64,000 nucleotides of DNA from NCBI GenBank assembly GCA_951406725.2, contig OX597816.1, positions 77,376,001 to 77,440,000 of the forward strand, read 5' to 3'. Under the pieces are notes generated by a model that saw only the letters and a list, made by a program, of their open reading frames with translations, did not search any database and was not told the origin of the DNA. Of this stretch, positions 1 through 14,228 are shown piece after piece; the stretch's first letter is position 1, and each line of letters begins with the position of its first letter. Position numbers and translations under genes: made by a program. The stretch is from Octopus vulgaris. Lineage: Eukaryota.

Positions 1-19
1 CCTTAAGACTCGTGCCTCT

Positions 20-160
20 CAATTACTTTTAGGATTTTTTCTTTATTAACTTCCACCCCCTTCATGTTTTTCTCAATATTTTCTTATCACCGTTTAATCA
101 TGGTATTGTGTAGTTCCAGTTTTAGATCAGGCTTTAGGTATTTCACGATTTCTCTCTCCT

Positions 161-228
<68 letters not shown>

Positions 229-1250
229 CTCTCTCTCTCTCTCTCTCTCTATTTATCTATCTATCTATCTTTCTCTCTCTTTCATAGCTATCAGTTATTC
301 TGCTTTGTATTTGTTAGCTTCCTTGAAGACAGAAGCAGGTTTTTTTATTTATTTTGTTCCTGTTTCATGGCTATTTGTGTAAATCTATCATGATTCTGTA
401 CTAGATATTCTACAGTGGACATTTTTTATATTTTGCTTTGTATTTGTAGTAAATATAGTCTTTCTATATCAAATTTTGGGTTGTGTATTCTAAATGCCGT
501 CATTATTTTCTATGTTTTCTTGTCAAGTCTTGCGAGTTCGTTTAGCGCCCAGATGAGAATGTTTAAAACTGTAGCTTATAGCTGGGTCATATAAAACATT
601 GATATATTTCCCTTTCTTTTTTTTTTTGTATTTAGGTCCGTTTTAAATATTAGTCTAATATGTCTATAATATTGCTTCCTTGTGTGTTTTTTCTTTCATT
701 TGTGCGTGTTCCGCCTTATCTAGTTCATATATTCCCAAAATATTTGTATATCTGCAATTGATCTAATTCCCTTATCTTAGTTCCTTATTAGTATAGTATT
801 AGTGTCATTTATTTCCCTCTCTTCAAGGTCACCATGGCGCATTTTCCTAACCCAGATCTCATATTGATTTCTTTGCTAACTCCGTGCCCTGTCTGCTGTA
901 ACGTTTCTAGTTGCTTATCATTTGCAGCATCCCACTTTAGATAACCCATATACAGAAATCGTTGGTTTATTTTCCACTGGATTTGTACCCTCGTCCATTT
1001 CTGCTTAACATGTCAGTTAAAGATATCAATGCCAGTCAGAAAGGATTGGAAAGAGTAGGTCCTCTTGAAATATTCCTCTACTAATCAGGAAGATTTACTT
1101 CTTTATAATTCCGTCATTTGTCGGTAACTCAAAACAGTTTGTCGTTTACTCACGAGATATTTCATATATCTTCTTATTGCTGGTGCAATTTTACTCATGA
1201 CTAGTGTTTCCAGGATCCACAGTTTTTCGGATTTTTTGTGCAATAAGTTC
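20..1250 (-). mobile_element. Degenerate Dong/R4-like LINE reverse transcriptase relic
   Basis: Minus-strand translation gives RGIFQEDLL, FLYMGYLK (YMDDLK-like), NDKQLETL, MRSGLGKCA...KRGK and IYKYFG, with stops and frameshifts; interrupted by a (CT)n tract. Confidence 0.75.
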
Positions 1251-1515
1251 AAATTAAGCATTCCCCAATCAATAAACCTGAGCTAAAAAATACATTTATT
1301 TTACTTTTATTATTTGTTAATTTTTATCTCAGATGTGTGTGTGCGTTTGATGGTGAAGATAGAGAGAGAACCTGATGCTAATACGGACCGTGCTCCGATG
1401 GACTTGTATGTACGCGGAATAATAAAGTTGGATTTTGTAAACTTTTGTAATACATCCTTTATATTAGGGAGATATAAATAAATTTTTGAAAGTATTATTT
1501 ATGAAGTTATCTTAT

Positions 1516-1579
<64 letters not shown>

Positions 1580-2140
1580 GCACGTCGTTGTCGGCTCCTC
1601 CACGTTTCCGAGTATTTCTTTCTTCAGTGAAAAAATGCTCGTGGCGTGGTTGCCAGGAAGTGTCCCATGCACAGTGGTCTTGAAGATATCCTTTGCGGCA
1701 CATTTAAAATATGATATGCAGAACTATGATTGAAACTGGAATGTACTGTCAACAGCCCAGGTGTTGCTTGAGCTGCGCTTTCATAGTCGGTCCGTCGGTC
1801 CCTCTTCCGTAAGTTCACTCGTTGATATCATAAGTCTTCATCTGTCTCCTGCCATTGGAGATTTTGAGTATAGATTTTTTAAAGATATGCTCCTCTAAAT
1901 CTACTCAGCTCAGTGAGAGCAGACTATCTCTAAAACAGTTTTAGATAGGACGGTATTACTACTAAGTCGGGGTTTCCCTGAACACGATTGATCGTTTAGG
2001 AGTGTGAGGATCAGGGTCTAGAAAGAAGCCACATATTGCATATCACTACCTCTACACAACCTTTGAGCGTAATATATATGTATAAATCTATACATATATA
2101 TATGTATGTATACATATATATATGCCTGTAGATCGGTACG

Positions 2141-2214
<74 letters not shown>

Positions 2215-2649
2215 TGTATGTATGTATGTATGTATGTATGTATGTATGTATGTGTATATGCGTTCGGTGCGAACGGTTTTGTTATACGGCGCCGGATTTT
2301 ACAATCCTGTAAATAATAATAATGGTATTTATATAAGCCTAAAGCTTATAGCGATCACCGTGCAATGATTAACAAAAATTGGCTAATAGAGGCATATAAG
2401 CCCTCGACAGAAAAAAGTAGAGTTTCTTTTCTGCGTGATATATATATATGATCACAACTCTCCGGCGAGCAGTAATGTGAAATTAAGTTTGTAAAGAATT
2501 TTTATCGGCTTTAATAAAAAGCACATTGCTCCACCTTTGGTATTCGAGTATTAATCTTTTCCACCTTGTTTTGCAATAATGTACTTACTTCTTCTGTGTG
2601 AGCTCACAAAGAGAGAGAGGGGAGGGAGAGAGATGACATTTATAAAATT

Positions 2650-4110
2650 CTTGCGCAACATTAAACGTTGGAAGTAGATATGATAGAAAAACTACACTGT
2701 ACATTGCATATAAAAGCTTTATTTATACAGTTTCTATTCAATACAGCTGACATTGCTGACATTCAACGTGAACGCCATCTTTCATAAGACATCGTATAAA
2801 CCGGTTTTCCAACTCACTGACAGCATTCTTCAATTGGTTTTCCGTGATTTCATTGATTGCTTCTGTAACTCTGTGCCTATGTTCATCTTAAGAGTTGATG
2901 AAGGCGGCAAGCTGGTAGAAATGTTAGCACGCCGGGCGAAATGCTTTGCGGTATTTCGTCTGCCGCTACGTTCTGAGTTCAAATTCCGCCAAGGTCGACT
3001 TTGCCTTTCATCCTTTCGGGGTCGATTAAATAAGTACCAGTTACGCACTGGGGTCGATATAATCGACTTAATCCCTTTGTCTGTCCTTGTTTGTCCTCTC
3101 TGTGTTTAGCCTCTTGTGGGTAGTAAAGAAATAGGTATTTTGTCTGCCGCTACGTTCTGAGTTCAAATTCCACCGAGGTCGATTTTGCCTTTCATCCTTT
3201 CGGGTCGATAAAATAAATACCAGTTGTGCACTGGGGTCAATGTTATCGACTTGACCCCTTCCCCAAAATGTCTGCCCTTGTGGCAAAATTTGAAATCATC
3301 TTAAGAGTTGATAAGTAAACAGCAGTTATACCAAGACTTCATAAAAATAGTCACTTAGAACCATATCAAGCGAACGGGGTGACCAAGCAATTTGTCGAGC
3401 CCTATTACTCCATTTGTCTACATACATATCATTCAAAACCCGTCGGATATCTGAAACATAGTAGCATGCTACGCCGCCTTGCTGAATGATCTAATTATCA
3501 TAGCTCAGATGTGAGAGAATTCAGCAACATTAGAAGGTAACACTCACCATTCGCTGTTACTCCTTCAAATAAGAAGCGGCCGAAAGTGCATGACTTCTTG
3601 GTGGAGCGGTGGTTTACTTTTCCCCGAATTCAAGCAATGGCGGCGATACATTTTACCATTGAATCGAAAAGCTGCTTTTTCAGAAAATGTCAACAATCGG
3701 GAAGTGGTAATTTTGACAAAACCCATTCTTGCGCCGAAGTCTTCTTCCTTTAGCATTTCGACTATTTACACGTTGTGAGCAGGTTCATTTCGTTTCACTT
3801 TCAGAGTCTTCTGTCATCACTGCTGATGTGGTGGGATGTTTAGCATAACAGGTGCACGTTACGCTAATTTTATTGAATTTCTATAAAGTGTTTCCTGGAC
3901 TACGGTCACAGCCTCCTGTGCTAACAGTTGGCCATTCACTGGCACAGTTTTTTTTTTTTTTTTTTTTTTCAAACTGTTTCACCTAATTTTTAGCTAATTC
4001 TTGTGTGGTGCATCTTTCGTGTAATAAGTTCTGCTATTGTAATAAACGCTAATTCTGCTAGTCATAGCACTCTGTTGACCTTTTCTTCAAATGTTGCCAT
4101 TTACAAAACC
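2650..4110 (-). mobile_element. Degenerate Tc1/mariner (DUF4817-type) transposase relic, interrupted by a SINE dimer
   Basis: Minus-strand FSEKAAFRFNGK (FSDEAxFHLNG-like), FLFEGVTANGECY, QQGG and WSPRSLD (WPPRSPD-like); many stops. Confidence 0.7.
2901..3295 (+). mobile_element. SINE family B, dimeric copy with 17-bp TSD
   Basis: Head aaggcggc..gctgg, B-box-like gagttcaaattcc twice; TSD tcatcttaagagttgat at 2883-2899 and 3296-3312. Confidence 0.9.
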
Positions 4111-4262
4111 TAAAGTCGCAGAAGGATTCTATAAACACCTTGTATATCTTTGTTTACATGTGCACAAATTGAATGTATGTATGCATATTTGCGTGTATGT
4201 ACATTTGTGTATATGTGTATGTGTATGTGTATCTCTGACTGTTTTTAATGTATATTACAATG

Positions 4263-4327
<65 letters not shown>

Positions 4328-4599
4328 TGTATGTGTGTCTGTATGAGTGTATCTGTGTTTACAGGCTTCAGTCACTGAACTGCTGTTATGTTGGGAACCA
4401 CTTTAGTATATCCGTCATACCTATACCATGTTGTGTGTGTGTGTATGTGGAATATGGTGGAGTTTGTACGTTCTTGTGTTTAGGTTGTCTCGCAACAAAT
4501 AAAATTCAATAATTTAAGTACTATATATAAACATGTGTGTGTTTATGGATGGATGGATGGATGGATAGATGGATATAATTCCTTATAGGCTGAGAATAA

Positions 4600-6240
4600 T
4601 TACAGTAGCTGTTCAAATGCCAAGAGTTTCGTGTAAAAGCACTTCAGAAACTAACAAATCAAAACTCTCATTGCATTGACATCGAATGGTCAGTAAAATA
4701 CCGATTTGGTCATAATATTACAGAATATATACTTTTAGAACTCAAGATAGATGATCGAGAAGAATGTCTAGCAACCCGTTAACTACACATTATATTGAAG
4801 TACCACAAAATTAACTTCTTATCCGACCCTACTTTAATGAAGACACTGATTATTAAATGGTTTTGCAAAGTACACGATGCTCACAAATGCAAATGTTCGG
4901 GATGGAATTCAGCACTTCGTTAGTCAAACTTGTCTTACAATAAGCACTAGTTTTAGGCAGCAGATTGTTCCCTAATTAGTGTCATGGGCGCTGACGTGTT
5001 CTGCATGCTAGAAAGCCACTTCTTTTCTCTGATGACTAATTTGGGATCAAGCATAAAGACACAGAACTTTTTGACATTTCCATAGGGCGTTTTGATTGAG
5101 CTTTAATGTGTAATCTAATAGAATTATTTACTCTAAACTCATTACAGGCAAAATTTCACTCCCAAGACACAGAGCTTTAATAGACGATAGACTAATCACA
5201 TGACATCATTAAAGCGACTAACAGCTTGAAAGGTTTAGAAGAAAAGTCTAATTGAAATGTTCAAAGAATTAAACTTAGGAATCAACGTTAGGGCCAGCAT
5301 AAACATAGTTAATTTCTTAAACATAACTTTAAACTTAATCCCAGTAAAATCTAAAGAGATATTGTAATGCATAAATATTCCAACCATTCTTCTGCTACTT
5401 CAAAAGTCTAGCCTCGTAATATTAATAAACGGATCTCAGACATCATAGGATGAAGAATTTTTTAACCATACTGCAGAGTATTGCAATGATATAATGGAAC
5501 GTATTTAAAGAAAGAAAAAATTTGTAAGATCCTATGATTTAACCTACCTTTTAGCTTTAAATATCGATTCAAATATTATTTGATCTTTCTTAAACCTATG
5601 AAATAAAATCTTTCTTAAAACACTTAATTTCCTCAAAAATTTTCAATAGAAACAGTGTTATGAGTCATAGTTGTTTTTACGACTCTGCACACCTCTTTAG
5701 CGATAATCAATCTGGCAATAAACAAAATTCACTACCTTGATACAACTGCCTTTCATTAATATCTACCCGCTAGTCTTTTTCAATAAAACTTTTCAGTAAA
5801 ATGTAATGTACAAAACGAACATCTTTATTGGAAATAACAGCGACGCTAAAAAGGTTACAAGGGATTCACAGACAGAAAAGAAAGATATTATAAAAAAAGA
5901 TGCCTTTCTGACATTTTTCTGTCTTGCCAGAAAAATGTCAGAAAGACAGATCAGTTCCTCTCCAATTTTTTATAAATTCTTAAATATATTTCCTTCTGTG
6001 TAGATATATACTACCAAACAAACATGATTTTTATTGAACTCCTAATACTTTTTGTTGAATACTTTCTTAAATACTTTCTTGTAAACTGTTTTTAACATTT
6101 TCTTATTATTATCAAAGAATGTATAATTGTATTTTAATGCCTTTGTGACAACCAGTACTTAACACAACAAAGCTTATACAAAGCTTTACAGCTTACTTTT
6201 GATAAGCATTTTCTAAAAAGTGAAGCTGGTCAAGTCAATA
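4600..6240 (+). mobile_element. Highly degenerate Penelope-like element (Naiad-type RT plus GIY-YIG) with a decayed hammerhead-like motif at the 3' end
   Basis: Translations LIEMFKELNLGINVRASINIVNFLNITLNL, SNH...PRNINKRIS, KIFNRNSVMSHSC and NVMYKT..FIG match the PLE RT palm/thumb and GIY-YIG order; actt-TTGATAA..GAAGC-TGGTC-aagt near 6195-6235. Confidence 0.7.
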
Positions 6241-7078
6241 AACACCTTTACAATTGCATTTTCAAATCTTCTCTCATATATATATGTGTGTGTGTGTGTG
6301 TGTGTATGTATGTGTGTATGTGTGTATGTATGTATGTATGTATGTATGTATGTATGTATGTATGTATGTATGTATGTATAAATAGCTGCACATACATGCT
6401 TTTATGTATACATTCCTATTATTGACTCAGTAGGTCTGTATAAATATTTCATACACTTAGTTTTCTTCATCTTTTCCTCCCCAACACAATACACCCTTTC
6501 TTAAACACGCCACACTTCCACAATGCCACACGCATATTCTTATCACTCCCTCCAGAAATATGTTCTAATTTATGTAATACTATCATTCATAAACATATTT
6601 TTAAAATTTTCTATATATTTTATCTTATTTTATTCTACATATCTTAATGTACATATGCGTGAACATGCGTGTGTCTTTGTGTGTGTGAGTGTGTACATAA
6701 GTATGTATGTATGCATGCATGTATTATGCATGCATGCATGTATGTATGTATGTATGTATAGCCATCTATTTATCATGCTTAATGTAAATACATAGCTGAA
6801 GGGTAAATTTACTGCGGTGTTCGCCCATAGATAACATCTCTTGTGGGCATGCCGTTGTTAAAATACTATTTATCTCCGGAGGAAAATTAAAATCGTCCCT
6901 GCAACCATGATATATTTTCTATTACACTATTTTCTATTACACTGATTCTATTGCATATAATCGATACACACACAAACACACACATATATACATATATATA
7001 CATACATACATTCATATATACATACATACATACATACATACATACATACATACATACATACATACATACATACATACA

Positions 7079-7109
<31 letters not shown>

Positions 7110-7451
7110 GTGTGTGTGTGTGTATATATATATAGGAGAATTTATTGTTGAAAATGCACCTGAAATTGAAAAGCTTGTAATTGTTTTTAAATAAATTTAC
7201 TCACATACATACCAAATAAGTTTGTATGTATGTATGTATGTATTATATATGTATGTGTATATGTATGTATATACAATTTATTGCTATATTTAATAATTTA
7301 TAAATGTGTGTATGTGTGTGTGTGTGTCATTTATAGTTTTATTTAATATTTTAATCTATTTATCTCCTTAATTTTCTTGACCATAGCAATAGCTTATGTG
7401 ATATTGGCCGTCACGCACACACATACATACATACATACATACATACATACA

Positions 7452-7482
<31 letters not shown>

Positions 7483-8721
7483 CAAAACGTACAAAAATGA
7501 AAGCGCTTTGAGAACTTTATCATGGACAAAAGTAAAACAGTATTTACATTTTTATCAAAGTATGCTACCAACTTCACTTGCTTTAGAAAGATGATTTAGT
7601 CCTGCTGAAATGACAGGAAAAATAAACTGAAATAAATTAAATTAATCTTTCATGATATTAGTTCTGGAAGTTCATATGTTTTTCTTACAAAAACCATATG
7701 GCGCTGGTGTTTTGTTTCCTTCTGATTGCTGTTGGATCGTAGTGGTATTTGCAACATTACCAACATTCCTGCATTTTTTAAGCATTTACTTTTCTTTTTT
7801 GTGTTTTTTTTTAAACTTGTACTCGTGTGAAACCTTTTAATCATTTCAATATATATATTCCGTCAATAAATATATACGTTTTTCCCACGATGTCTCAAAA
7901 TATCACCCCCAATCCTATATGCGAAACTGGGCATCCCTTAAATTAATTTTGTACCCAACAGTGTATAGGCACTGCGAAACTGCAGCACCTCCTATTTCCA
8001 CTCGATATCATCGATAACATTGAATATAATAAGTCCTTTTTCTTTAATTCTTTCTATATACTTGTACATCACATAATCCTTAAGCTTAATGTCAGTAGCC
8101 AACCCCTAATTTACGAAAAGAATACAAAAATCATTGTATAGAATTGTACGTTTCACAGTTCCAGTAACGCGGTGTTTGGCTGTTGCGCACATGCTCACAT
8201 GTCCGAGATAGGAAGCGTCACGCTAAGGAAAAAGAGCACTGTGGTTCACGCAGTGCCGACTCTGGTGTGCTGGTGAAAGTTAGTGTTTCTTTTTGACTCC
8301 GCGTGTGTTGTGCTTAAAAACGTATTTATATTCTTGAATGTGATCAAGTGTAGAATTAGATTATTATCCTGCTTCCAGCTACAGTGTTGCTTCTAGGATT
8401 TGAAAAATAGAGCTGATTCCCACCACCTTATTTTGTGATTTAGGGGGAATGTTTGAAAAGCAAGGGGGAATTCGCGGCGGTGTTCAGTGAACAAATCAAA
8501 CACACTACCCGGCAGTGGCTAAAACGCGAACCGATCAGATTTATGTATAAATTTTCATTTTGTATGTTTGTTTCCTTTTACACAATATTAAAACAACGGC
8601 TAAAATTTTTCTGAAGCAGCACCCCAACTAATTTTATATATGAGCCGCCACCTGGACCTAACGTTCCTTACTTTCGTCTAATTATAATCCAGACTCACTC
8701 TTCTACCTAGTAATAATAATA

Positions 8722-8935
8722 ATCTTTTCTACACTAGGCACAAGGCCCGAAATTTTTGGAGAAGGGGCCAGTCCATTAGATAGACACCAGTATGCAAATG
8801 GTACTTAATTTATCGACCCCGGAAGGGTGAAAGGTAAAGTCGACCCCGGCGGAATTTAAACTTAGAATGTAAAGACAGACGAAATACCGCTTAACATTTC
8901 GCCCGGCGTGCTAATATTTCTGCCAGCTCGCCGAC
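8722..8935 (-). mobile_element. SINE family B monomer
   Basis: Reverse complement of the family-B head, body and short tail. Confidence 0.85.
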
Positions 8936-8949
8936 TTACTCTATAATAA

Positions 8950-9163
8950 TACATACATATGAGAGGGATGGCCACTATGTGGACAACCCTTATGCTAGAA
9001 GTAGATCCACTATGGTCTTACCACAAAGAAATGTTCTCAAGAAAATTTACAAACACCAGGACGTAAGCGAGTAAGACAAATGAAAAGTAACAAAAATATA
9101 TAGCGGATCTACTTCTAGCATAAGGGTTGTCCACATAGTGGTCATCCCTCTCATGTGTATGTA
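8950..9163. repeat. Fold-back element with about 64-bp inverted arms
   Basis: 8950-9013 is the reverse complement of 9100-9163 with few mismatches; the spacer is homologous to 13814-13890. Confidence 0.85.
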
Positions 9164-9656
9164 ATACAATTTACTGAACCTTCAGATTTTAATATGCTAG
9201 ACCACTGGTTTTAAATTGATGTTAATCAAATTAATATCCAATTTTCACCCTATAATAATAATATTTACTTACTTACGTCACAAGAATTTTAGAACTTTCA
9301 AGAACGGGAAATAACTATTTATTTGGATAGAAAAAAATTTAAACCCAATATTTACCCGTTATTATTTATAGCCTTATTTGATCGAGATTCACTCCTAAAA
9401 AAAAGAAATATTTGCTTAAACATTATTATTTGCAGTGTTATTACGCAACAAATAATAAAAATGCTTAAGCAAATAACGATGGACCGCCGACATTCGCCAG
9501 TACCAGTTGATCCATTGCGACTAAATAAGCTTTAAAACGTTCCTACAAAAAAAAATACTCAACTGGAAACCACAGAAAACGAGGCATAACTGACAGCAAA
9601 TGACGGTTATTGCAAAAAGCTATTGTAGGAAACATTAACATTCAGAGCATAAAGAA

Positions 9657-9726
9657 ATGTCCCTACCATACGAATTGGTAATCTTTACTGGTGAAAGAGC
9701 TCGATGCAATTACATGTGGAGAGTTA
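9657..9726 (+). CDS. Otop: Tentative first coding exon of the otopetrin gene (MSLPYELVIFTGERARCNYMWRV, phase 1)
   Basis: ATG at 9657 is open to a GTGAGT donor at 9727. The phase-1 end (a+tt=Ile) matches the next exon, and the summed CDS of 2049 nt is divisible by 3. An upstream acceptor (tttgcag) lies at 9435. No homology support; other phase-1 exons are possible. Confidence 0.35.
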
Positions 9727-10175
9727 GTGAGTACGTAAAGTAACCGAGTACGATCAGACTCCCTCCACAAAGGACGGCATTTATCAAGGTAAAATAATCA
9801 TGATCAGTTGCCAGTTCATTTACTTAGAATGCTTATCAGAGTTCCTTCTAATTTTTACTAGTGATGTACGCAAAAAAAAATGTGTAATATGCCTAATTTT
9901 TTTTATAAGGTTCAAAATGTGTACGGTATAGAGGCTAATGAAATTGGGATGAATCTCACACGGCAGTATGCTATTAAATATGGTAGTCTGTACACATTCG
10001 GAATTCAACCAAATCTAGAATTACAGATGTATATGTATATACACACATACTCACACAACCACACACACACACACAGCCACATACACTCACACACACAAAC
10101 ACAAACACTCACACTCACATACACACGCGCGCGCATGCACACACACACACATACACACACATAAACTTATATATA

Positions 10176-10386
10176 GGGAGAATTCACGAAAAAACAAAAG
10201 ACGAAGACAGGTGGTGTAGAAAGCAAACAGATGTGTTAGTATAACGCTCGGAAATTGAAAAAGTCTTTTACGTTTCGAGCCTACGCTCTTCCACAGAAAG
10301 GAACACAGAAACAATCAAGGAGAGAAACAAAGAGAGAAAAAATGTGTGTAGTGGCTACCGATCTATCATGACGATCTATCATGGCG
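10176..10386 (-). mobile_element. Short PLE-like insertion with a variant minimal hammerhead, 12-bp TSD
   Basis: Minus strand cttt-CTGTGGA-A-GAGC(gtag)GCTC-GAAAC-GTA-aaag at 10265-10300; direct repeat aacttatatata at 10164-10175 and 10387-10398. Confidence 0.65.
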
Positions 10387-10402
10387 AACTTATATATATA
10401 TA

Positions 10403-10802
10403 CTAGCAGTATCGCCCGGCGTTGCTCGGGTTTGTAAGGGAAACAACTATATAAGCATTTTTAGAGAGTTATAGCCAAAAAATAGCAAAAAAATGCATTA
10501 ATAAAGGAAAAAAAATTATGGTAAATTTTTTTTTTAAATCGTTGACTCATCGTAGACATTTTTAGAGTGTTACTTCCCTTATATAATAGCGAAAAAAATG
10601 CATTGAAATGGAAAAAAATGATGGTAAATTTTTTTTTAAATCGTAGACTCATCGTAGACGCGCGCTAATACCCAGAAGGGCTCGATATGAATCACGACTA
10701 TAAGATACCCGGTTTTGGTTAAACTGCACCGCAAAATGTGGGAATAGTTAGGAATCTAAATCGTAGGAGACAGACACACAACTTGACTTTTATATATAAA
10801 GA
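10403..10802 (-). mobile_element. Non-autonomous Helitron (400 bp)
   Basis: Minus strand starts TC and ends CTAG, inserted between A and T; subterminal GC hairpin cccgagcaacgccggg about 12 nt from the 3' end; internal direct repeats. Confidence 0.85.
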
Positions 10803-11458
10803 TATATATGAATAACAGAAAAATGGATCAAACGGCATTCTTTATTTCAATTGCGTTGTTTAAATCATTTTCTATTATTCATTTGTATATATAAATTCTA
10901 CGGATACTATGGAGTTTCTGGTGTGTATCCACTCACAAGAGCCTGTCTCACAGTATCATGACATCTGGTAGCTAATACCTACGGACGGGCTTTGCATCGC
11001 ATACCACAAGGATTTTATACAAATCTTATTTAAGTGTGTATGTGTGTGTGAATGTGTGTGAGTGCGTGTGTGTGTGCGCGTGTGTGTGAGTGTATGTGTG
11101 TGTGTATTTATGTACGGATGTATCTATGTATGAATGTACTTGTGTGTGTGTGTGTGTGTGTGAGTATGTGTGCGCGCGCGCATATGTGTGCGTGTGTGCA
11201 TGAATGAATGTATATATGTGTACACATATATACATAAATGTAAGCTTCTGCATAGTTTCTGCTTGCTAAAATCTTTTTACAAGATATTGGTAAACTCGAC
11301 GTTATTTTAGAAGACACTTGGCCAATATGCCGTGTAGTCGAATGGCTGCGATGAAACCTTTTAACTACACAGCCATGCTTGCACCTATATACACGTAAGT
11401 ATGTATGTATGCATGTATGTATGTATGTATGTATGTATGTATGTATGTATGTATGTAT

Positions 11459-11523
<65 letters not shown>

Positions 11524-12229
11524 TATAAACATATATGCTTTTGTATATATATCTATAGGTATATATAAATATATATACATATATGTGTGTGTGTACACAT
11601 ATATATATATATATATTCATACACATACATACATACTTACATGCATACATACATACATACATACATACATACATACATACATACATACATACAAACATAC
11701 ATACATACATACATACACACACACATTACCATTTTGATTCACAAATTTTCTGCTGTTTTTGTAAATGTCAATGAGGAAGTTATACCGGATGTGCAAGTGT
11801 GTTTCAAACTATTACTTTATAATCTATCGTATTTCGCAATCCGGTTACCAAATTCTGATTTAACTTTCTCAGTTGCATAAGTTGCATAAATATAATTTTT
11901 ATTTTATTTTTTCATTTTGTACTAAAAATCAGGTCTCAGAATTTGAGTGGATATTAGCCTGTATTGTAACTCACCCCGCCCTGCAAAACTCATTAGCAAA
12001 ATATGAAATCAAGAATTGGGTCTGAGACGCATTACCACTTTGATGGTGTTTACTACAAGTCAAAGATGGAGCTTCTGTGTAGTCGTTGAACCCGTTAAAA
12101 ATAGCAGCTAAATATGCATCAAATTATTACCTGCAGTCTTGAAATGGAGGTAACGTATTTGATACAGTCCTATATTCTCAAACCCGTAGAGAATGACTCT
12201 TTTAGTTATAGGTAGCCTCGATCTGCGCG

Positions 12230-12262
<33 letters not shown>

Positions 12263-13130
12263 GCACGCACACACACACACACACATGCACACACACACAT
12301 GCACACACACATGCACACGCACACGCTCACACTCACACACACACATTCTAGAGTCGTCAGCAGTCATAGACCGTCAAACCAAAATTTAACGACTCATTAA
12401 TTTTCTTGAGAAAAATACAGCAGTGTCTTTACTTTCTTTTCTATCGCTTTATCTACAATTTACTCCCATGTTCTCCCAAACTTACTGTGAGGCACAGAAC
12501 CTATTTAGCCCTTAAGCAGAGGACTGGTTAATGCAATATCAGGGCCTGCCTACATATTGCTGGGTCTGTATGCAACATGAATAGTAACCAACCCTCCTCT
12601 GACTTGTATATCCTCAGCTACAAAACCTTCTTCTACTAGTTAAACCAAGAGTCAGGAAACTTTTTAGTGCGGAGGACAAAAATTGCCAATGAAAAAGGAC
12701 TGCGGGCGGACCACAAGTTCTAATTCATATCTGTGTAAATATTTTATATATCTATGTATAATTCGATATCTATACATATAAATTTGACATGGGCGATTCT
12801 TTCTTATCTTGGGATTCACTGTCAAACGGCTGGGTGGAATTGCGCGAAAAATTACACAGATGTGTAGACTGATCCGGTAGTGTTGCTAGGCTTTGTATTT
12901 TTTCATAGCTCGCATGGTTACCGAGATAATCTACTATAATAATACTCTTGTTTTTATGAATGAGAAAGGAAGGGGTGATAGATGAAGAAGGAAGGAAGGA
13001 AGGAAGGAGTGATGTCATACTTGGTAGTGGGATGAGGAAAATTGTACGCTGAAAAAATAAATCAAACAGCGTCTCAACTCTGTGAATATATGTGTATGTA
13101 AAAGGGGGTATGTGAATGTGTGTGTGTACA

Positions 13131-13209
<79 letters not shown>

Positions 13210-13813
13210 ATGTGCGCGCGCAATGGAAGTGGAATGGTTAATCTTTGTTCGCTTAGTATTTGGGTTTATTTTTTGATTTGGTTGAATCTTGGTTGGTTTT
13301 TGTTTTTTTGGTTCAGTTACTTTTAGCGTTTTGATAGGAGAAAGTCATTCTAAAATTGCTTTTTCCCGTAAGTGTGCCCAAACAAGTCGAATGCTTACAC
13401 AGAGCAGGTTTTACAGCCACATCATCCAAACCGACTGGGTGAAACCAGGCTTAGCTGCTAGTACATTAATAAAGATAAGTTTAACACATTAAATTAACGC
13501 GTAACATCTTCATTAACATTGTCACTGAATTTAAGACGTTTATATTACTTATGCGGTATTCTATATTTTTCGGCTAGAGTGGAGTTGGGTCTCAAGGGTT
13601 TGATACAAACCTAGCAATATATGTTTTATAGTGAAAACAAAATTTTCATTCAAATGGCAATTACTGGGCGATTTCTGTTCGAGTCTAACCGTTTTAAGTC
13701 GTAGTGGAAACGCGACCTATGTCGCAAATAGGCTTGTGAATATTGCATAAATTTTATAATTGAAAAATTTATTATATTTTGTACATACGAGTATATCTGT
13801 CTGCAGGCACAAT

Positions 13814-14228
13814 TGACCACTAGGAAAAAATTGTTCTCAAGAAAATTCAGCAAAACGCCAGAACATAAGCGAGTAAGACAAATGAAAAGACAAATGAAAA
13901 GGACATCTGAAATATACCCCCAAATATAATTGATAGAACTATATGCATGTTCCCTATCTTGTGGACGTCCCGTGTATAGTTCTGCAAATTATATTTTCTA
14001 TGACGGTCGCACTGATGATTTGCGGACATTTACGTATGTAAATATGTAAAGGGTAACAATGAAATCTGGTATCTGACTAATCATTATATTTTGTATCTTT
14101 TCATTTGACTTGCTCGCTTACGTTCTGGTGTTTTGCTGAATTTTCTTGAGAACAATTTTTTCATAGTGGTCAGACCATATGGGAGTCTACATTTAGCATA
14201 TTGGATGTCCACCTAGTGGTCACTCATA
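13814..14228. repeat. Fold-back element related to 8950-9163
   Basis: 13814-13890 is inverted relative to 14095-14171; the right arm continues into sequence homologous to the 8950 arm. Confidence 0.75.

Noticed and set aside
1596-1630. Minus-strand CTGAAGA...GAAACGTG hammerhead-like motif
   Set aside because: Stems I and II pair poorly and GUG is not a cleavable triplet; at best a decayed remnant.
2830-3286. Recurring ORF peptide RNWYLFNRPRKDERQSRPRRNLNSER
   Set aside because: It is the antisense translation of SINE family B, repeated wherever the SINE occurs.
8160-8655. CpG-richer block upstream of the candidate first exon as a promoter
   Set aside because: No diagnostic core promoter motif; it could equally be a DNA transposon remnant.
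10901-10943. Minus-strand stem II/GAAAC/stem III-like motif
   Set aside because: The CUGANGA core is not intact and stem I is unconvincing.
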